The position numbers and the translations under genes were made by a program. 52,371 nucleotides of DNA from a virus (taxonomy: Duplodnaviria > Caudoviricetes): positions 1 to 52,371 of the IMG/VR virus record IMGVR_UViG_3300027749_000147, one strand, 5' to 3'. A model generated the notes under the pieces. It had not been told where the DNA came from. It was given only the letters and a program-made list of their open reading frames with translations, and ran no database searches. Positions 1-8,535 of this stretch are shown here, piece by piece (the first letter of the stretch is position 1; each line of letters starts with the position of its first letter).

Positions 1-72
1 ATAAGATTGGTCAATACCTATGGCTACTGCGCCTTTGATATTTGAGTCACCCCAAAATTTTGGATTAGGCAT
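1..72 (-). CDS. ruvC: RuvC-like Holliday junction resolvase, N-terminal fragment (runs off window edge)
   Basis: Not in the ORF track. ATG at 72 reads MPNPKFWGDSNIKGAVAIGIDQSY. The hhGIDxS motif is the first catalytic strand of RuvC-family nucleases. The start overlaps the end of the upstream ORF. Confidence 0.6.
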   Translation of the reverse strand, partial: MPNPKFWGDSNIKGAVAIGIDQSY

Positions 73-217
73 TTTTTTCTCCAACAGCAGTGGCAAACCC
101 TAAGTTCCATGCATTGCTACACCAACGGCACATTCCATCAATTAACTTGATTGGCTTGGTACCTTCTGGCTGATTTTTGCTAGCTGAACAAAGTTGGCAT
201 AGGTGCTCTTTAATCAT
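65..217 (-). CDS. small hypothetical protein with two CxxC pairs (possible Zn finger), 50 aa
   Basis: CQLC...CRWC. Start moved to ATG 217, which forms an ATGA overlap with the upstream stop. Confidence 0.6.
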   Translation of the reverse strand: MIKEHLCQLCSASKNQPEGTKPIKLIDGMCRWCSNAWNLGFATAVGEKNA

Positions 218-432
218 CCTAATCCTACTCTCCGTAATGAAATACAAGGGTATCTCTGTGGTTGTTCAATGCCATCTACAAATTCTTTACACAAGACACA
301 ATTACCGTCTACCTCAGCGTGACGGTCTAAATGACGGCTCTGTATCTCTAAATAAGTAGGCAGTTGTTCTTTGCGTTTACGCTTTTGATGTCCATATTGT
401 GCAATTAGTTCTTCTCGTGTTAATTTAGACAT
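214..432 (-). CDS. hypothetical protein (H...CxxC...C)
   Basis: 72 aa ORF with a GGAG SD and a TAATG overlap. Confidence 0.65.
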   Translation of the reverse strand: MSKLTREELIAQYGHQKRKRKEQLPTYLEIQSRHLDRHAEVDGNCVLCKEFVDGIEQPQRYPCISLRRVGLG

Positions 433-512
433 TATTTATCTCCATAGAAAAAAGCAGTTATTAGTGCTGCAGCTATACCTATTAGTACAATGTGCATTCC
501 CAACCTAATCAT
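432..512 (-). CDS. 26-aa single-pass membrane micropeptide
   Basis: MIRLGMHIVLIGIAAALITAFFYGDK. Overlaps both neighbours (ATGATTAG and TAATG). Below the ORF-track cutoff. Confidence 0.55.
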   Translation of the reverse strand: MIRLGMHIVLIGIAAALITAFFYGDK

Positions 513-579
513 GTTCTTGCTCTTTCTTTTTAGCCAAAGTTTCTTTTAACTTTTCAATATCTATACTAACATCGCACAT
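505..579 (-). CDS. 24-aa charged micropeptide
   Basis: MCDVSIDIEKLKETLAKKKEQEHD. TAATG-coupled to the upstream stop at 579-581. Confidence 0.45.
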   Translation of the reverse strand: MCDVSIDIEKLKETLAKKKEQEHD

Positions 580-1067
580 TATGTTGTAAACTTACTTGCT
601 CGACTAGTAAAGCTACCTGATGTACGACGAGTTAATTCACGGCTAATAAAGTTACACTGACCAGTTACATTTGTGTATAACATATCCATACCTTTACGGT
701 AGTTATGTGCCACAGCATACTCGTAATCAGCATCAATAACTTCTTCTTCTGCCATTACCAGAGCCTTGATAGCAGACACTGTCATCTTAGGTTGTGTGTG
801 CTTAGCACTGTATCGAGCCTCAATAAGGTCTAGTTTTTTCTTAGCCGCCTGTTCATCCATCTCAGCAACAGTTACCTGAGCAAGAATAAATTCTGAATAA
901 GCGATGTACTCTTGCCATAACCGCATAACACCTAGGTCATCTAGGTCTGTAATGTCGTTAGGCATTTTAGGCATTATTCCGTGGAACTCTTGCTCAACCT
1001 CAAAGCCCTGTGTATGTAACGTGCTCAAAGTAAGACCACCACTTACGCCTACATTCATCTTAATCAT
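579..1067 (-). CDS. coiled-coil protein, possibly a UvsY-like recombination mediator
   Basis: Start at ATG 1067 with a GAGGTG SD. Long amphipathic helices; lies in the same operon as RecA and SSB. Confidence 0.5.
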   Translation of the reverse strand: MIKMNVGVSGGLTLSTLHTQGFEVEQEFHGIMPKMPNDITDLDDLGVMRLWQEYIAYSEFILAQVTVAEMDEQAAKKKLDLIEARYSAKHTQPKMTVSAIKALVMAEEEVIDADYEYAVAHNYRKGMDMLYTNVTGQCNFISRELTRRTSGSFTSRASKFTT

Positions 1068-1935
1068 TGTACACCTCGCATTTATAGCATGAACTTCCAG
1101 GGTTAATGTTACACCTTGGTGGCTCTTGTTTGTCAATAGCAATCATAATGTTCTTTGCATCATCAAACAAATTGGAAATGCCAAAGTCACTCTTAGGAAC
1201 CACAAACTCTTTAACTAACTGGTCTACTTTAGACTCGTAGATAAAGATAGCTTCTTTAGGGTGGTTAACTGGGTCCATAATTTCAAGAAGTTTCATGTAC
1301 ACCTGAGCTTGAGCAATATGTACCGTGAATGGTTGACGTAATGCAGCCCAAGCTTTTTTGAAATCATTGCCGTGCTCGCGTAGGTAGTACGGGTCTTCCC
1401 AACGTATGGTTCCTTCTCCTACAGACTTAATCTCAAGGAGTAAGTCATCGCCAAAACCTTTTAGCCAACCATCTGCATGACCAGAAATACCATGTTCTTT
1501 GCTAAATACAGGTACTTCTTTGTAAGAGAAACCTAACGAACTACCGCAAGATGTACACGGAACTTCTGGGCTTGTATCCCAGAAGGAAGACCTGCAATCA
1601 TTACAAGACCACTTACCGTGTAGTTTTCCCATATCGCCAAACCAGTTTTGCCAACGGGCATGAATACGATGACCCTCTTCAAAGGTAAGTAACTGTTTAA
1701 TGGAAGCTTTGTACTTTGATGGCGCAGGTACGGCACCTTGCAGGGTGTAGTACTCTGCTTTGTGGCACCAATCAGGCTTGACCATAGCAGACGGATGAAT
1801 CACGTTAGTAGCACGTGACGTATCTGCTGGTCTAGATAATAAGTAACGTTCTACTGTACCTACTACGCGAGTCTCTATCTTACCTGCGTCTACCAATTTC
1901 TTAAGGTTTCCCGTAGGTTTTGTAGCCTTTGCCAT
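1060..1935 (-). CDS. Cas4-like / RecB-family PD-(D/E)XK exonuclease
   Basis: GHADG...LLEIKS and QAQVY motifs. One N-terminal Cys plus three C-terminal Cys (likely Fe-S staple) and an internal CxxC..CxxC ribbon. Confidence 0.8.
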   Translation of the reverse strand: MAKATKPTGNLKKLVDAGKIETRVVGTVERYLLSRPADTSRATNVIHPSAMVKPDWCHKAEYYTLQGAVPAPSKYKASIKQLLTFEEGHRIHARWQNWFGDMGKLHGKWSCNDCRSSFWDTSPEVPCTSCGSSLGFSYKEVPVFSKEHGISGHADGWLKGFGDDLLLEIKSVGEGTIRWEDPYYLREHGNDFKKAWAALRQPFTVHIAQAQVYMKLLEIMDPVNHPKEAIFIYESKVDQLVKEFVVPKSDFGISNLFDDAKNIMIAIDKQEPPRCNINPGSSCYKCEVYND

Positions 1936-2224
1936 TTTGATGTCCCCTGTTCCATTTCTTTATATAGTTTTTATCTTGGTTTTCGCAGCCTTTGCAGCGT
2001 GTTTCTTTAGTTTTACCCAACGGTTTTTGGCACACTTGGCAATACTGATACTTAGATGTGCTGTAAGGAGAAGGTTTAATAACAAAACCTCCACCTGTTT
2101 CCTCAACAGTAACGCCAGGCTTTACTGTAACAGATACTCTAGGTGGTTCACACTTGTGAGTCTCACTTCTCCACCAAACTTTACAGTCTGGACACTTAAA
2201 CGGTGTGTATTCTTTGTCACTCAT
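1901..2224 (-). CDS. Cys-rich hypothetical protein
   Basis: CPDC..HKC, CQVC..CKGC; AAGGAG SD. Confidence 0.65.
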   Translation of the reverse strand: MSDKEYTPFKCPDCKVWWRSETHKCEPPRVSVTVKPGVTVEETGGGFVIKPSPYSTSKYQYCQVCQKPLGKTKETRCKGCENQDKNYIKKWNRGHQNGKGYKTYGKP

Positions 2225-2233
2225 TAGTTCTCC

Positions 2234-2551
2234 TTATTGATTTTCTGTGACCCATTGTTGTAACGTCTTACCGTTACGTTCTGCTTTTCTTTTTAGAGCG
2301 TTTCTTTCTCTGTGAGATAGCCCACCCCAAATACCATACACTTCATGTATGCTCTCTGCGTATAGCAGGCATTCAATTCGTACTGGGCATTCAGGTTTTC
2401 CATCTCGTCCAAGGCATACACCTTTTGATACTTCTGCAATAGGTTTATACTTATCTTTGTCTCTGGGAGGATACCATAGTTCTGTATCCATACCCATACA
2501 CTTAGCGTCTGCGCGCCAATTCTCTATGTCTAATGGGTCGCGCACCTGCAC
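2234..2551 (-). CDS. whiB: WhiB-family (Wbl) Fe-S transcription factor
   Basis: WRADAKC, four Cys, CPV..ECL.YA and GIWGGLS.RER. Confidence 0.92.
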   Translation of the reverse strand: MQVRDPLDIENWRADAKCMGMDTELWYPPRDKDKYKPIAEVSKGVCLGRDGKPECPVRIECLLYAESIHEVYGIWGGLSHRERNALKRKAERNGKTLQQWVTENQ

Positions 2552-2862
2552 TCCTGAATCTTTTGACGCATCTCTAGGAAGTCGTTCTCATCTAGCATTA
2601 TATAGTTTTCGTTGTTTAGATGGAAACCTAAAACAGGCATACGACCATCAAGTATTGCTTCTTTGACAATCTTCTCAAGCACATCAGACTTAACTGTTAC
2701 TTGTTTCTTACCTGTCCATTTGTGCTCTATCAACAAATCACTAGACCTAACGTCACCTTTACGGCTCCAGAACGCTCCAGATGCAGCAACGGTTCCACCA
2801 CCAACTGCTTTAGCTAGCCTGTTCTCGTGCTTCTTGGACTGTTTCTGACCCTCAGACTTCAT
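2530..2862 (-). CDS. PD-(D/E)XK nuclease, archaeal Hjc-like Holliday junction resolvase
   Basis: E..LA...GG...ASGA...KGDV...LIEHK motif set. Start at ATG 2862 with a GGAG SD. Confidence 0.7.
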   Translation of the reverse strand: MKSEGQKQSKKHENRLAKAVGGGTVAASGAFWSRKGDVRSSDLLIEHKWTGKKQVTVKSDVLEKIVKEAILDGRMPVLGFHLNNENYIMLDENDFLEMRQKIQECRCATH

Positions 2863-3904
2863 TAGTCTCCTGAACGTACTTAGAGGCTGCACGAACAGCA
2901 TCTCGTACGTCTTTGTCTAATGCTTCTTTAAGGTCAAGGTCTTCACGGATAGCATTAACTACCGCCTCAGCACCCTGCCACTTCTGGTCCTTGTAACTAT
3001 AGTAAGCACCTGCTCTGGTAATTATTTTATTAATAATACCTAGGGCAACAATCTCTTTAGCAAAATCATACTCACCAGCAAAACAATTTCCATTATCAAA
3101 GTAGAAATCTAGGTATGCTACTTGTGAAGGTGGGGCTGACTTGTTCTTCAACGTACGAATTTTAATCGTCTGCCCTACACGCTTCTTTTCCTGACCAGTT
3201 CCTACCTCTAACCAATCATCTCTTTTAACTTCAATTCTAGTAAAGAATGCATAGTTTTTAGCCTCCCCTCCTGGAGTAGTTCGTGGGTCACCGTACATGA
3301 CACCAATCTTCATACGGTATTGGTTAATTACAATTCCTATGAAAGGACGCTCAAATTCTGTAAGAGACCGCTTGGATGCTTTGCCAACTTTGCGAAAGAA
3401 CTTGCCTGTAAGAAGAGCACCACGACCAACAGTAGCTTCATCCATGTTCTTTTCATCTTCAGCCATAGGTACTAGCGCTGGTAATGAATCTATGACAACA
3501 CAATCAACTTCTTTAGTACCTACCAATTCAATTACTGCTTCGTATGCTTCTTCCATAATATTGGTAGAAATTACATAAATGCGAGATAGGTCTACACCAC
3601 ACATCTCTGCGTATGAAGGAACCCATTGTTCTGCAGCAACCCACACTGTAGTAAAATTAGGGTCGCGCTGTTGGTTTGCTGCTACGGTTTTAAGGGCTAC
3701 TGCTGTCTTTCCGTTTGAAGCTTCACCTACAATTTCATGCCATTGGTTGGTAGGAAACCCGCCACCAAGAACTACGTCTAATGCAAGAGACCCAGTAGTC
3801 ATACGACCAACTGTGTCATCTCTGATGTCTTCTCCTAGAATAATGGTGTCTACACCAAACTTCTTATTGAGTTTTGCAATTGCCTTCAGTAGTTCGCTAT
3901 TCAT
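2852..3904 (-). CDS. recA: RecA/UvsX-like recombinase
   Basis: TGSLALD..LGGG, Walker A GEASNGKT, VVIDS, INQYR.KIGVMYGDPRTTPGG, KNK.APP and AGAYYSY. Confidence 0.95.
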   Translation of the reverse strand: MNSELLKAIAKLNKKFGVDTIILGEDIRDDTVGRMTTGSLALDVVLGGGFPTNQWHEIVGEASNGKTAVALKTVAANQQRDPNFTTVWVAAEQWVPSYAEMCGVDLSRIYVISTNIMEEAYEAVIELVGTKEVDCVVIDSLPALVPMAEDEKNMDEATVGRGALLTGKFFRKVGKASKRSLTEFERPFIGIVINQYRMKIGVMYGDPRTTPGGEAKNYAFFTRIEVKRDDWLEVGTGQEKKRVGQTIKIRTLKNKSAPPSQVAYLDFYFDNGNCFAGEYDFAKEIVALGIINKIITRAGAYYSYKDQKWQGAEAVVNAIREDLDLKEALDKDVRDAVRAASKYVQETNEV

Positions 3905-4278
3905 TACTCAATCCTTCCAATGATTCCCTGTGGGTTAAAATTATTTGCAGTACTAATCTGACGTGCTGCCTGAGTAGGTCCAGAGCCTTGACCACCAGAG
4001 ATTCCCTTGCCCATACCGCTACCAGACTGTACAACTGGGTATCCGCAATCGTAGCATCGAGCCTTTGCAGAAGGGTCTGTAGAGCCGTAGTTTCCACTAC
4101 CACACCCAGGGCATCTAGACGCGTTTACAGCGCTCTGAGGCATTCTGGGAGCTTCCTGTGGTACCTGTGGGGGTGGGTTATACGGTGTAGGTACAGGAGA
4201 TACAGGCATTGGGGATGGTCGTGACGGCGCTGGGGCTGGTGTACCCATCTTGCTTGCCCACCAATTATTAGAACTCAT
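3904..4278 (-). CDS. hypothetical protein with a Pro-rich linker and Zn ribbon
   Basis: CPGCGS...CYDCGY. Start at ATG 4278 with a GGAGG SD. Confidence 0.7.
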   Translation of the reverse strand: MSSNNWWASKMGTPAPAPSRPSPMPVSPVPTPYNPPPQVPQEAPRMPQSAVNASRCPGCGSGNYGSTDPSAKARCYDCGYPVVQSGSGMGKGISGGQGSGPTQAARQISTANNFNPQGIIGRIE

Positions 4279-4738
4279 CTTCAGCCTCCGATGTAAAACT
4301 TCCTGGATTAACAACAATACCCAGTGCTAAAGCAGAAGAGAAACTGCCGACCAGGGCTCCAAGAGTTATGGTTGTGTATATTTCTAATAAGTCTTCATGG
4401 GACTTCTCTAAAGATTCTTCATCTACAAGACCCTTTTTAAGAAGAACATCATTCATTGTCTTTACCAAAATCATAGCGTTAATGTCTGACATAACATTTA
4501 AGAATGATAGATAAGGAATTACCTGTTCAAGTCTGTCTGCAGACTCACTAAGCTCCATGTCTTCACCCTCTTGACTAATAGGGTTTAAACCAAATGCTTC
4601 TGCAAACTCATTAGTGTTGCTTACACCTGTATCATAACAGAACCATCGGAATAATGTACTAAGCGGTAATACTTCTGTATCAACCACAAATTTATCTGAT
4701 TCGTTAGGTTCTTTTTTATCCCAGAACTTCCAACTCAC
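4268..4738 (-). CDS. hypothetical protein
   Basis: 156 aa; GTGA overlap with the polymerase stop. Confidence 0.7.
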   Translation of the reverse strand: MSWKFWDKKEPNESDKFVVDTEVLPLSTLFRWFCYDTGVSNTNEFAEAFGLNPISQEGEDMELSESADRLEQVIPYLSFLNVMSDINAMILVKTMNDVLLKKGLVDEESLEKSHEDLLEIYTTITLGALVGSFSSALALGIVVNPGSFTSEAEDEF

Positions 4739-6714
4739 TTGGCTTCACCCCATCTTTGTACTACTGTAATGTCTGCTACTAACGGTATGTTCAACAAGTT
4801 AATGCCCTCCATAGCCTCTCTAATTACGTCCACTGTTTCATCTACCTTATCATCTGGAGTCAAAGTTACCAATTCGTCATGCACTGTAAGGATTAATTTA
4901 GCACCATCTGGCAAGTTCTTATGTGCACGAACCATAGCAAGCTTAATAATATCCGCGGCTGAACCTTGGATACGAGTATTAAATGCTTGACGTTCTGCCT
5001 GTGCTCTTGTGAACTGGTCCTTTGATGTAATCTCTGGAAGATACCTGCGACGACCTAGAAGCGTAGCCACATAATGTGGTGTCTTTTTCTTGGTTGCGCC
5101 CAATACCTTTGCTCGGTAGGAATTAACTGCCGAAAACTTTTCAGAAAAATTATCTAGCAATTGACGAGCCTCAGTCACACTACAACCTATATCTGCAGCA
5201 ATCTTATTAGGACCAACACCGTATGCCATAGCAAGAACCAATGTCTTACCAGCGCGCCTGTCTACTCCCATAGTCTCACCTACTGTTGTATAGATATCTC
5301 TACCGTTAAGGTAGTTATCCATCATAATTGGGTCCGCTGACATAGACGCAATAATACGAGGTTCAATCTGCGAGTAATCAGCAACTACTAGTTTGTATCC
5401 TTCTGGGGCTGCAAAAAGGTTTCTAATGGCTTTTCCGTGCGAAGTATGTGGGGCTGGTACATTTTGAAGGTTAGGGTTGCGACTACTAAAGCGACCAGTC
5501 TCCGCGCCATGCTGAACAAAATCACAGTGGATACGCCCGTTAATAAGTAGGCTTTCTTTCTGCTCACGTTTCTCTTTACCTCCTGTTGTACGAACTACTT
5601 CTCCACCTTTGTAAGGGACTACATAAGTGGTGCTTAACTTGTTAAGGTCTGCATAAGTTAACAAAGCATCCACTAGCGGGTCTACTTTACGGTAATGCTC
5701 TAGCGCATCAGCGGCTACAGAATAGTCTTCGTATGTAACTTCTTTACCCTCGTCAGACTTCTTCTGACCAGCGGTAGTTAATAGTTTAGGTTTAAGTCCA
5801 CGACCACCCTCGGACTTTGGTCCGTAAAGAATAAACTGCTTTTCTTTATTAGAATTAATATTAAAAGGCTTTTGTGCAATCCTAAAGATATCAGCACGAG
5901 CTGTTTCAATGTCCAACCGTAGCTGTGCATCCAATTTATCTAGCTCTTCTACGTCAATAGGTGAGCCAGTTAGTTTGACGTCACATAAAACCTCTAAAAC
6001 ATTCATCTCTAGGTCCATGATTACACTTAGATTATCGCTCTCAATACGTGGCGCTAGGTTCTTCCAAAGCAAGAACGTGTACTTAGCGTCAAGGAATGCA
6101 TACTTAGCAACCTCATCGAACGAGTACTTCTCTACTTCTTTACCTACACCCTTGACCATGTGGTAACCAAACTCGCGCTCTAGACAAGCATCAAGACCAC
6201 ATTTGTTCTTGTTTTTATTGTCAATAATGAATGAGCCAATCATCGTATCAAAGTATGGAGCCGATGGAATCTCACCATCAAAGTACTTAGCTACAGATGT
6301 TAAATCAAATACTAAGTTATGACCTACAGTTAATATGTCATTATTAAACATCAATGGACGTAACGCTTTAAACACCTCACCTGGATATAACTGTAAGGGT
6401 GGGGAGCTAAAAATCTTGTCTGCTTTTTTCTTATCTTTTGAGTAGTCACTAGCACGTGGAGTAAGACCTGCAGCAACACGCTTTTCACCAGCATCAGTAA
6501 GTGGAAAAATATCTTCAAGGAAATCACCGTTTGGGTGACCCATTGGTATTATGTCACAACGACCATGCGTAGCAAATGTAATCCACAATACTTCGTTTAC
6601 TGGGGTAAGACCGCGGTTATCGCCTACGGTTTCTACGTCAAAAGCAAAAGCATCTTGGGTTAAGTAGTAGTTGACCATATCATTTAATTGGTCAAGTGTA
6701 GTAATAATGTTCAT
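4735..6714 (-). CDS. polA: DNA polymerase family A with a 3'-5' exonuclease domain
   Basis: Exonuclease motifs FDVET, HNLVFD and YAFLDA. Polymerase motifs TGRFSSRNPNLQN, ADYSQIEPR, K.....MAYG, IQGSAADI and TVHDEL. Confidence 0.95.
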   Translation of the reverse strand: MNIITTLDQLNDMVNYYLTQDAFAFDVETVGDNRGLTPVNEVLWITFATHGRCDIIPMGHPNGDFLEDIFPLTDAGEKRVAAGLTPRASDYSKDKKKADKIFSSPPLQLYPGEVFKALRPLMFNNDILTVGHNLVFDLTSVAKYFDGEIPSAPYFDTMIGSFIIDNKNKNKCGLDACLEREFGYHMVKGVGKEVEKYSFDEVAKYAFLDAKYTFLLWKNLAPRIESDNLSVIMDLEMNVLEVLCDVKLTGSPIDVEELDKLDAQLRLDIETARADIFRIAQKPFNINSNKEKQFILYGPKSEGGRGLKPKLLTTAGQKKSDEGKEVTYEDYSVAADALEHYRKVDPLVDALLTYADLNKLSTTYVVPYKGGEVVRTTGGKEKREQKESLLINGRIHCDFVQHGAETGRFSSRNPNLQNVPAPHTSHGKAIRNLFAAPEGYKLVVADYSQIEPRIIASMSADPIMMDNYLNGRDIYTTVGETMGVDRRAGKTLVLAMAYGVGPNKIAADIGCSVTEARQLLDNFSEKFSAVNSYRAKVLGATKKKTPHYVATLLGRRRYLPEITSKDQFTRAQAERQAFNTRIQGSAADIIKLAMVRAHKNLPDGAKLILTVHDELVTLTPDDKVDETVDVIREAMEGINLLNIPLVADITVVQRWGEAK

Positions 6715-6728
6715 GTAAATCCCCTAAA

Positions 6729-6765
6729 GCCCACCTAGCAAGAAGGGGAAACCTGCTAGGTGGGC
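6729..6765 (-). promoter_or_regulatory. strong intergenic hairpin between SSB and polA (terminator/attenuator or translational operator)
   Basis: 12-bp perfect stem GCCCACCTAGCA/TGCTAGGTGGGC, followed by only TTT and then the polA SD AGGGGA. Confidence 0.65.
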
Positions 6766-6778
6766 AGTCTGTGTGGTA

Positions 6779-7441
6779 TTAGAGAAGGCTGTTGGCAATC
6801 TCTACAAGTTCAGCATAGGAATTTTCCTTGATAACTGAACGTGTGTATGATTCAAACTCGCCAATAGCAGCTTCTGCATCAGCTGCATTGATGCTCCAGT
6901 CTTCATCAAGGTCACGTGCCTTGATTGCATTCAGGTGGTAGACAGTTGTCTGACGTTCGCCTGACTTACTTAGAGCCCAGAAGTTCTTATTTAAGGGTCC
7001 CTGTGGGGAGAAGTGCGCCTGATGTAGTTGCTTAAAGAGACGTGGTGTCGCAGTAAGAATCTGACGTTGAGCAGGGCTTACGCTGAAATTGATAATCGTG
7101 AAACCACGCTTCTCTTCAGCACGATGATTCAACACGGTGCAAAGTGGGCAATTGTCACCCAAGCATACGTATGACTTCTTACCTGGCTTACCATTTAGGA
7201 AGTGTTGCTTGTAGGTAGCAAAAGGACCGTCAGGGTCAATGAACTTGACTACCTGAATCTCTTCACTGTGCTTGAAATCTACAGGGTAGTTACCTGTAGG
7301 TGTGGTTAGTGCTTCTGCAGCATCCCAACCTGAGCCGACAGCAGTGCTTGCGCTCTGCTCTGGACGTGCATTTACATCGAAGTCATCTTCAAAAGCAACT
7401 TCAATGTCTGGGGTCTTGAATTCGGGGCGGTTAATTGCCAT
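6779..7441 (-). CDS. single-stranded DNA-binding protein (gp32-like)
   Basis: VKF.D..GP....QHF...SYVC....CPLC motif, acidic ends, adjacent to the polymerase. Confidence 0.7.
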   Translation of the reverse strand: MAINRPEFKTPDIEVAFEDDFDVNARPEQSASTAVGSGWDAAEALTTPTGNYPVDFKHSEEIQVVKFIDPDGPFATYKQHFLNGKPGKKSYVCLGDNCPLCTVLNHRAEEKRGFTIINFSVSPAQRQILTATPRLFKQLHQAHFSPQGPLNKNFWALSKSGERQTTVYHLNAIKARDLDEDWSINAADAEAAIGEFESYTRSVIKENSYAELVEIANSLL

Positions 7442-7463
7442 AGTTTCTATTTCCTTATTTTCA

Positions 7464-7928
7464 CTAGTTGGTAGTTTCTTCTACGCGGAGTTTATCCCAC
7501 GCCTCAGCAATATCTTTTGTGACTTGCTGGTGATGTGACCACTCTACACGACCTTCGTGTAAAAGTCCAGCCCCATCAAAAATCTCTATAGCAGCCTCAA
7601 TTTGAGCCCGACTATAAAGTCGGCGACCCTGGTGCGGGTCACCATTCTTATTCGGCTTTGTTGGAAGCCGATAAGGTGATGTAGGTAGATTGCCTACCTT
7701 TATCCAATGTCGAACTGTAATTATAGGACGACCTAGTGCATCTGCCAAAGCGCCGAGTGTAAAGAGTTCCATATCTTGACCATTAGGCATGGTCTTGAAG
7801 TAGGGACGTGAGTCCCAACTCTTTATCTCTGCTACCTCTTTAGGTGCAGCTTTCTCTTTACGCTTGCGTTTACTACCTGGGTAGAACTCTTCAAGCATTG
7901 AGAAAGCGTCTTCTATAAAATCGTTCAT
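7464..7928 (-). CDS. MerR/excisionase-type winged-HTH DNA-binding protein
   Basis: FTLGALADALGR..ITVRHW...G.LP...RRLYSRAQI; TAATG start at 7928. Confidence 0.65.
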   Translation of the reverse strand: MNDFIEDAFSMLEEFYPGSKRKRKEKAAPKEVAEIKSWDSRPYFKTMPNGQDMELFTLGALADALGRPIITVRHWIKVGNLPTSPYRLPTKPNKNGDPHQGRRLYSRAQIEAAIEIFDGAGLLHEGRVEWSHHQQVTKDIAEAWDKLRVEETTN

Positions 7929-8329
7929 TACTTCATCACTAACGCCCAAGTTACCTTAGCAGGGAACATCTTGTCGATGTCCTCTTCGGTAATCAAGCCT
8001 TCGTAGTAAGCAGACATGATTTCATCTTCATCTAGAACAGGAACCATCTTGATACATTTATCTTGAAGTCCACGCTCTGCGAGAAGTTCTTCTGCAACGT
8101 TAATATCTAATGACTTAGATACACGTCGTTGGCGCATCACTCTATTGATACCTGACACACTGTCGTTAATCTCAACAACAATGTGACCTTTGTCGTCTGC
8201 TTCACCTAATTCATTTACACCCGCATTCAAGGATTTCTTGATATGCGTCTGTAGTGAGTTAAGTTCTTCTAGACGACCTTTAAGAACTGAGTTCTGTTGA
8301 ACCAAGTCTTTTAGTTCTTCGATGTCCAT
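7928..8329 (-). CDS. hypothetical protein (coiled-coil N-terminus)
   Basis: 133 aa, AGGGGG SD, first gene downstream of a sigma-A-like promoter. Confidence 0.75.
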   Translation of the reverse strand: MDIEELKDLVQQNSVLKGRLEELNSLQTHIKKSLNAGVNELGEADDKGHIVVEINDSVSGINRVMRQRRVSKSLDINVAEELLAERGLQDKCIKMVPVLDEDEIMSAYYEGLITEEDIDKMFPAKVTWALVMK

Positions 8330-8355
8330 TTGGACCCCCTTAATGTATAGCAGTG

Positions 8356-8384
8356 ATGCTACACACTAATCTATTCGGTGTCAA
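8356..8384 (-). promoter_or_regulatory. sigma-A/sigma-70-like promoter
   Basis: TTGACA-N17-TAGCAT. A second TTGACACC copy lies 13 bp upstream. Confidence 0.7.
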
Positions 8385-8529
8385 CCTGGGGTGTCAAATA
8401 GGCTAGAAGAGCATCAATTATGATACTAGTTACGGTGATTCCCTCTAGCGCGGCTTTCGCTTGGACAGTCCGCCATAGTTCGTCATCAACCCTGATAGTA
8501 CGGGTAGGTGTTTTAGGTGCATTAGGCAT
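8371..8529 (-). CDS. ribbon-helix-helix (Arc/CopG-like) DNA-binding protein, 52 aa
   Basis: Not in the ORF track. MPNAPKTPTRTIRVDDELWRTVQAKAALEGITVTSIIIDALLAYLTPQVDTE has an alternating beta ribbon RTIRV, then helix, G-turn, helix. Confidence 0.8.
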   Translation of the reverse strand: MPNAPKTPTRTIRVDDELWRTVQAKAALEGITVTSIIIDALLAYLTPQVDTE

Positions 8530-8535
8530 ACCTAT

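Noticed and set aside
1060-1935. CRISPR-Cas system suggested by the Cas4-like gene
   Set aside because: No repeat-spacer array or other cas gene is visible; stand-alone Cas4-like nucleases are common in phage recombination modules.
6720-6765. Classical H-type pseudoknot over the polA SD
   Set aside because: A 3-nt linker cannot span a 12-14 bp stem. Kept only as an alternative-fold hypothesis.
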